Shown: positions 61,806 through 64,000 of the stretch, piece after piece
Position numbering within the stretch: position 1 is the first letter of the stretch
Layout: every line of letters starts with the position of its first letter
NCBI GenBank assembly: GCA_036506735.1
Contig: DASXRG010000152.1
Coordinates: forward strand, 3,226-67,225
Origin: Candidatus Binatia bacterium
Lineage (GTDB): Bacteria > Desulfobacterota > Binatia > UBA9968
Length of the DNA: 64,000 nt
Direction of reading: 5' to 3'
The notes under the pieces: model-generated
What the model was told of the DNA's origin: nothing
Databases searched by the model: none
Seen by the model: only the letters and a program-made list of their open reading frames with translations
Made by a program: the position numbers and the translations under genes

Positions 61806-64000
61806 GGCCGAAGTTCCTCCCTCGCCGCAGGACGCTGCCTTGCGCAGCGTTCACACCGCAAACCTGCCGGCAATCTTCGATCAGCTCCAAATCAGTGTCG
61901 TCGTTTCCACCTATCAGGCGGGCAAAACGATCCTCGTCCGCAACGACAACGGCACGCTCAACACCCACTTCCGCACATTTGCCAAGCCGATGGGGATCGC
62001 CGCGGATCACGCGCGGCTCACGATCGGCGGCTCGAACACGGTTTGGGAATACCGCAACATGCCGGCCGTGGCGGAGAAACTGGAGCCCGCCGGGAAACAC
62101 GACGGCTGCTATCTCCCGCGCCGCATCCATGTGACCGGCGACATCGACATCCACGAGCTCGCGTGGGACCGCGACAACGAGCTGTGGATCGTGAACACGC
62201 GTTTTTGCTGTCTCTGCACGCTCGACGCCGACCACAGCTTTCATCCGCGCTGGCGCCCGAAGTTCGTCACGGCCTTGGCGCCCGAGGATCGGTGCCATTT
62301 GAACGGCCTCGCGATGGTCGATGGCCGGCCGAAATACGTCACGGCGCTGGGTGAGACCGACACGGCCGGCGGCTGGCGCGCGAACAAGGCCAAGGGCGGT
62401 ATTCTGATGGACGTCGAGACCGACGAAATCCTGCTGCGCGGTCTCTCGATGCCGCACTCGCCGCGCTGGTATCAGGGGAAGCTCTGGGTGCTCGAATCAG
62501 GCGAAGGGAGCTTGGCGCTGGTCGATCTCGACAAGCGCACGTGGCGCACCATCGCGCAAGTGCCCGGCTTCACGCGCGGGATCGATTTTCTCGGCCCGCT
62601 CGCATTCATCGGGCTCTCGCAGGTGCGCGAGAGCGCGGTGTTCAGCGGCATTCCACTGGTCCAGCGGCTCAGCGAGCGCACCTGCGGTGTGTGGGTGGTG
62701 AATATAGAAACCGGCCAGACCGTCGGCTTTCTCCGCTTCGAGGCGGGTGTGCAAGAGATCTTCGCGGTGCAGCTCCTGCAAGGCATCCGTTTTCCCGAGA
62801 TGCTGGAATGGAACGACCCGCGGGTCTCTCAGTCATATGTCCTTCCCGACGAGGCGCTCGCCGATGTGGTTCTTCCCACCGCGGAAGAGCTGGCGCGCAG
62901 TCCGGCGTTCCACTTCCAACGCGGCAATGAATTTTATGACCAGGGCAAGCTCGGCGAAGCCATCGCCGCGTATCGCCAGTGCGTCGCCGTCCAGCCGGAT
63001 TTTCCCAATGCGCGCTACAATCTCGGCGTGGCGCTCGGCGACGCCGGGCGATATCAGGAGGCGACGAGCTGGTTGCAGCAGGTCGTCGAGGCCGAGCACG
63101 AAAAAGCCGAAGCGCACAACAGCCTGGGATTCGTTCTCGCCCGGCAGCGTCAGCCGCGTAAAGCGATCGCGTGCTACGAGCGCGCGATCGAGCTGCAACC
63201 GAATTATATTCAAGCGCATGTCAATCTCGGCATGAGCCTGCTGCAAATCGGCGACTACGCGCGCGGCTTCGCCGAATACGATTGGCGCTCAAAGCTGACG
63301 CCGATGCCGTTTCAATCGTCCCATCCCAAATGGGACGGCAGTCCGATAGCGGAGAAGACGCTTCTCGTCCCTGCCGAGCAGGGCGCCGGCGACGCGATTC
63401 AATTCGCGCGCTATCTGCCGCTGGCGGCAAAGCTTTGCCGGAAATTGGTCGTCATGTGCCGCGCGGATCTGATTCCGCTATTTTCCACTCTGCCCGGAAT
63501 AGCCGAGCTGCGGCAACCCGGCCAGATCGGGATGGCGGAGTTCGATACCTACCTGCCGCTGCTCAGCCTGCCGCGCGTGTTCGGCACAACCGTCGATGCG
63601 ATTCCCGCGGACGTGCCGTATATCGATAGCGCCGCGCTCCGCCGGCGCAGAGACGATCCGTCCCTGCTCTTGCCGGCCGCGTCGTGTCCGCGCGTCGGCA
63701 TCGTTTGGGCGGGGAGCCCGGACAACCGCACCGACAGCCAGCGCTCGTGCGCATTGGCGGAGTTTCTGCCGCTTCTGCGCATTCCAACCTTGGCGTTCTA
63801 CAGCTTGCAAAAAGGAGAGCGCGCGAAAGATCTCGCCGATGTGCCTGCCGCGGTGACCGATCTGCAGCCGCTGCTCGGCGACTTCGGCGATACCGCCGTG
63901 ATCGTCGATCAACTCGATCTGCTCATCACCGTCGATACGGCGGCGGCCCACCTGGCCGGAGCGCTCGGCAAGCCGGTGTGGAATCTGCTGACCGACGTCG
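61804..64000 (+). CDS. TIGR03032/DUF4915-like domain + TPR repeats + GT9 (heptosyltransferase-like) glycosyltransferase fusion; 3' end beyond window
   Basis: Not in the supplied ORF track. My own translation from the ATG at 61804 is open for 732 codons to base 64000: MAEVPPSPQD...VVVSTYQAGKTILVRN...ELAWDRDNELWIVNTRFCCLCTL...HPRWRPKFVTALAPEDRCHLNGLAMVDGRPKYVT... then TPR units (AIAAYRQCVAVQPDFPNARYNLG, AHNSLG, AHVNLG), then EQGAGDAIQFARYLP...VGIVWAGSP...ITVDTAAAHLAGALGKPVW. Confidence 0.85.
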   Translation, partial: MAEVPPSPQDAALRSVHTANLPAIFDQLQISVVVSTYQAGKTILVRNDNGTLNTHFRTFAKPMGIAADHARLTIGGSNTVWEYRNMPAVAEKLEPAGKHDGCYLPRRIHVTGDIDIHELAWDRDNELWIVNTRFCCLCTLDADHSFHPRWRPKFVTALAPEDRCHLNGLAMVDGRPKYVTALGETDTAGGWRANKAKGGILMDVETDEILLRGLSMPHSPRWYQGKLWVLESGEGSLALVDLDKRTWRTIAQVPGFTRGIDFLGPLAFIGLSQVRESAVFSGIPLVQRLSERTCGVWVVNIETGQTVGFLRFEAGVQEIFAVQLLQGIRFPEMLEWNDPRVSQSYVLPDEALADVVLPTAEELARSPAFHFQRGNEFYDQGKLGEAIAAYRQCVAVQPDFPNARYNLGVALGDAGRYQEATSWLQQVVEAEHEKAEAHNSLGFVLARQRQPRKAIACYERAIELQPNYIQAHVNLGMSLLQIGDYARGFAEYDWRSKLTPMPFQSSHPKWDGSPIAEKTLLVPAEQGAGDAIQFARYLPLAAKLCRKLVVMCRADLIPLFSTLPGIAELRQPGQIGMAEFDTYLPLLSLPRVFGTTVDAIPADVPYIDSAALRRRRDDPSLLLPAASCPRVGIVWAGSPDNRTDSQRSCALAEFLPLLRIPTLAFYSLQKGERAKDLADVPAAVTDLQPLLGDFGDTAVIVDQLDLLITVDTAAAHLAGALGKPVWNLLTDV

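Noticed and set aside
61774-63951. All track ORFs between 61774 and 63951, on both strands
   Set aside because: Each one overlaps the unlisted 732-codon frame-1 ORF, which has TIGR03032-like, TPR and GT9 motifs throughout. None of them is in that frame.

Overview
This is a 64 kb stretch of a high-GC (about 63-65% by eye) bacterial chromosome, densely packed with genes on both strands. I cannot assign a lineage from sequence alone. The many short palindromic intergenic repeats resemble those of uncultured soil or sediment bacteria. I found no rRNA, CRISPR array, transposase, integrase or phage structural gene. Bases 1-53000 are mainly housekeeping and metabolic genes: msrB, two aldo/keto reductases, gloB, two LysR regulators, five solute-binding proteins, MATE and MFS exporters, a heterodimeric ABC exporter pair, mutY, mtgA, an F420-type LLM oxidoreductase, a Rieske oxygenase, a xanthine-dehydrogenase-family Mo subunit and tRNA-Asn(GUU). 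This part also holds a tight seven-gene envelope cluster (cytochrome b, YedY/MsrP-like Mo-enzyme, two GT-C/TMTC-like membrane proteins, a secreted protein, a Tat-signal M24-fold protein, a zinc ribbon protein), a roughly 2 kb low-GC island (LysR plus solute-binding protein), three decayed genes and several families of palindromic MITE/REP-like repeats. The standout region is 53.06-64.0 kb. It has five tandem paralogous genes for Pmp-like parallel beta-helix proteins with a CSLREA-type N-domain; four of the five also carry a choice-of-anchor-Q-type C-terminus. All five carry a conserved N-terminal extension of about 80 aa ahead of a signal-peptide-like segment, which I do not recognise. Their ends are near-identical mosaic blocks and their centres are divergent. 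Directly downstream is a long ORF that the supplied ORF track does not list, because it runs off the window end. It fuses a TIGR03032/DUF4915-like domain, TPR repeats and a GT9 (heptosyltransferase-like) domain. This ORF and the first beta-helix gene share a nearly identical promoter box. I propose, as inference only, a beta-helix surface-protein family with a dedicated glycosyltransferase. Many long ORFs in the track are antisense or alternate-frame artefacts of the high GC content and are not called.
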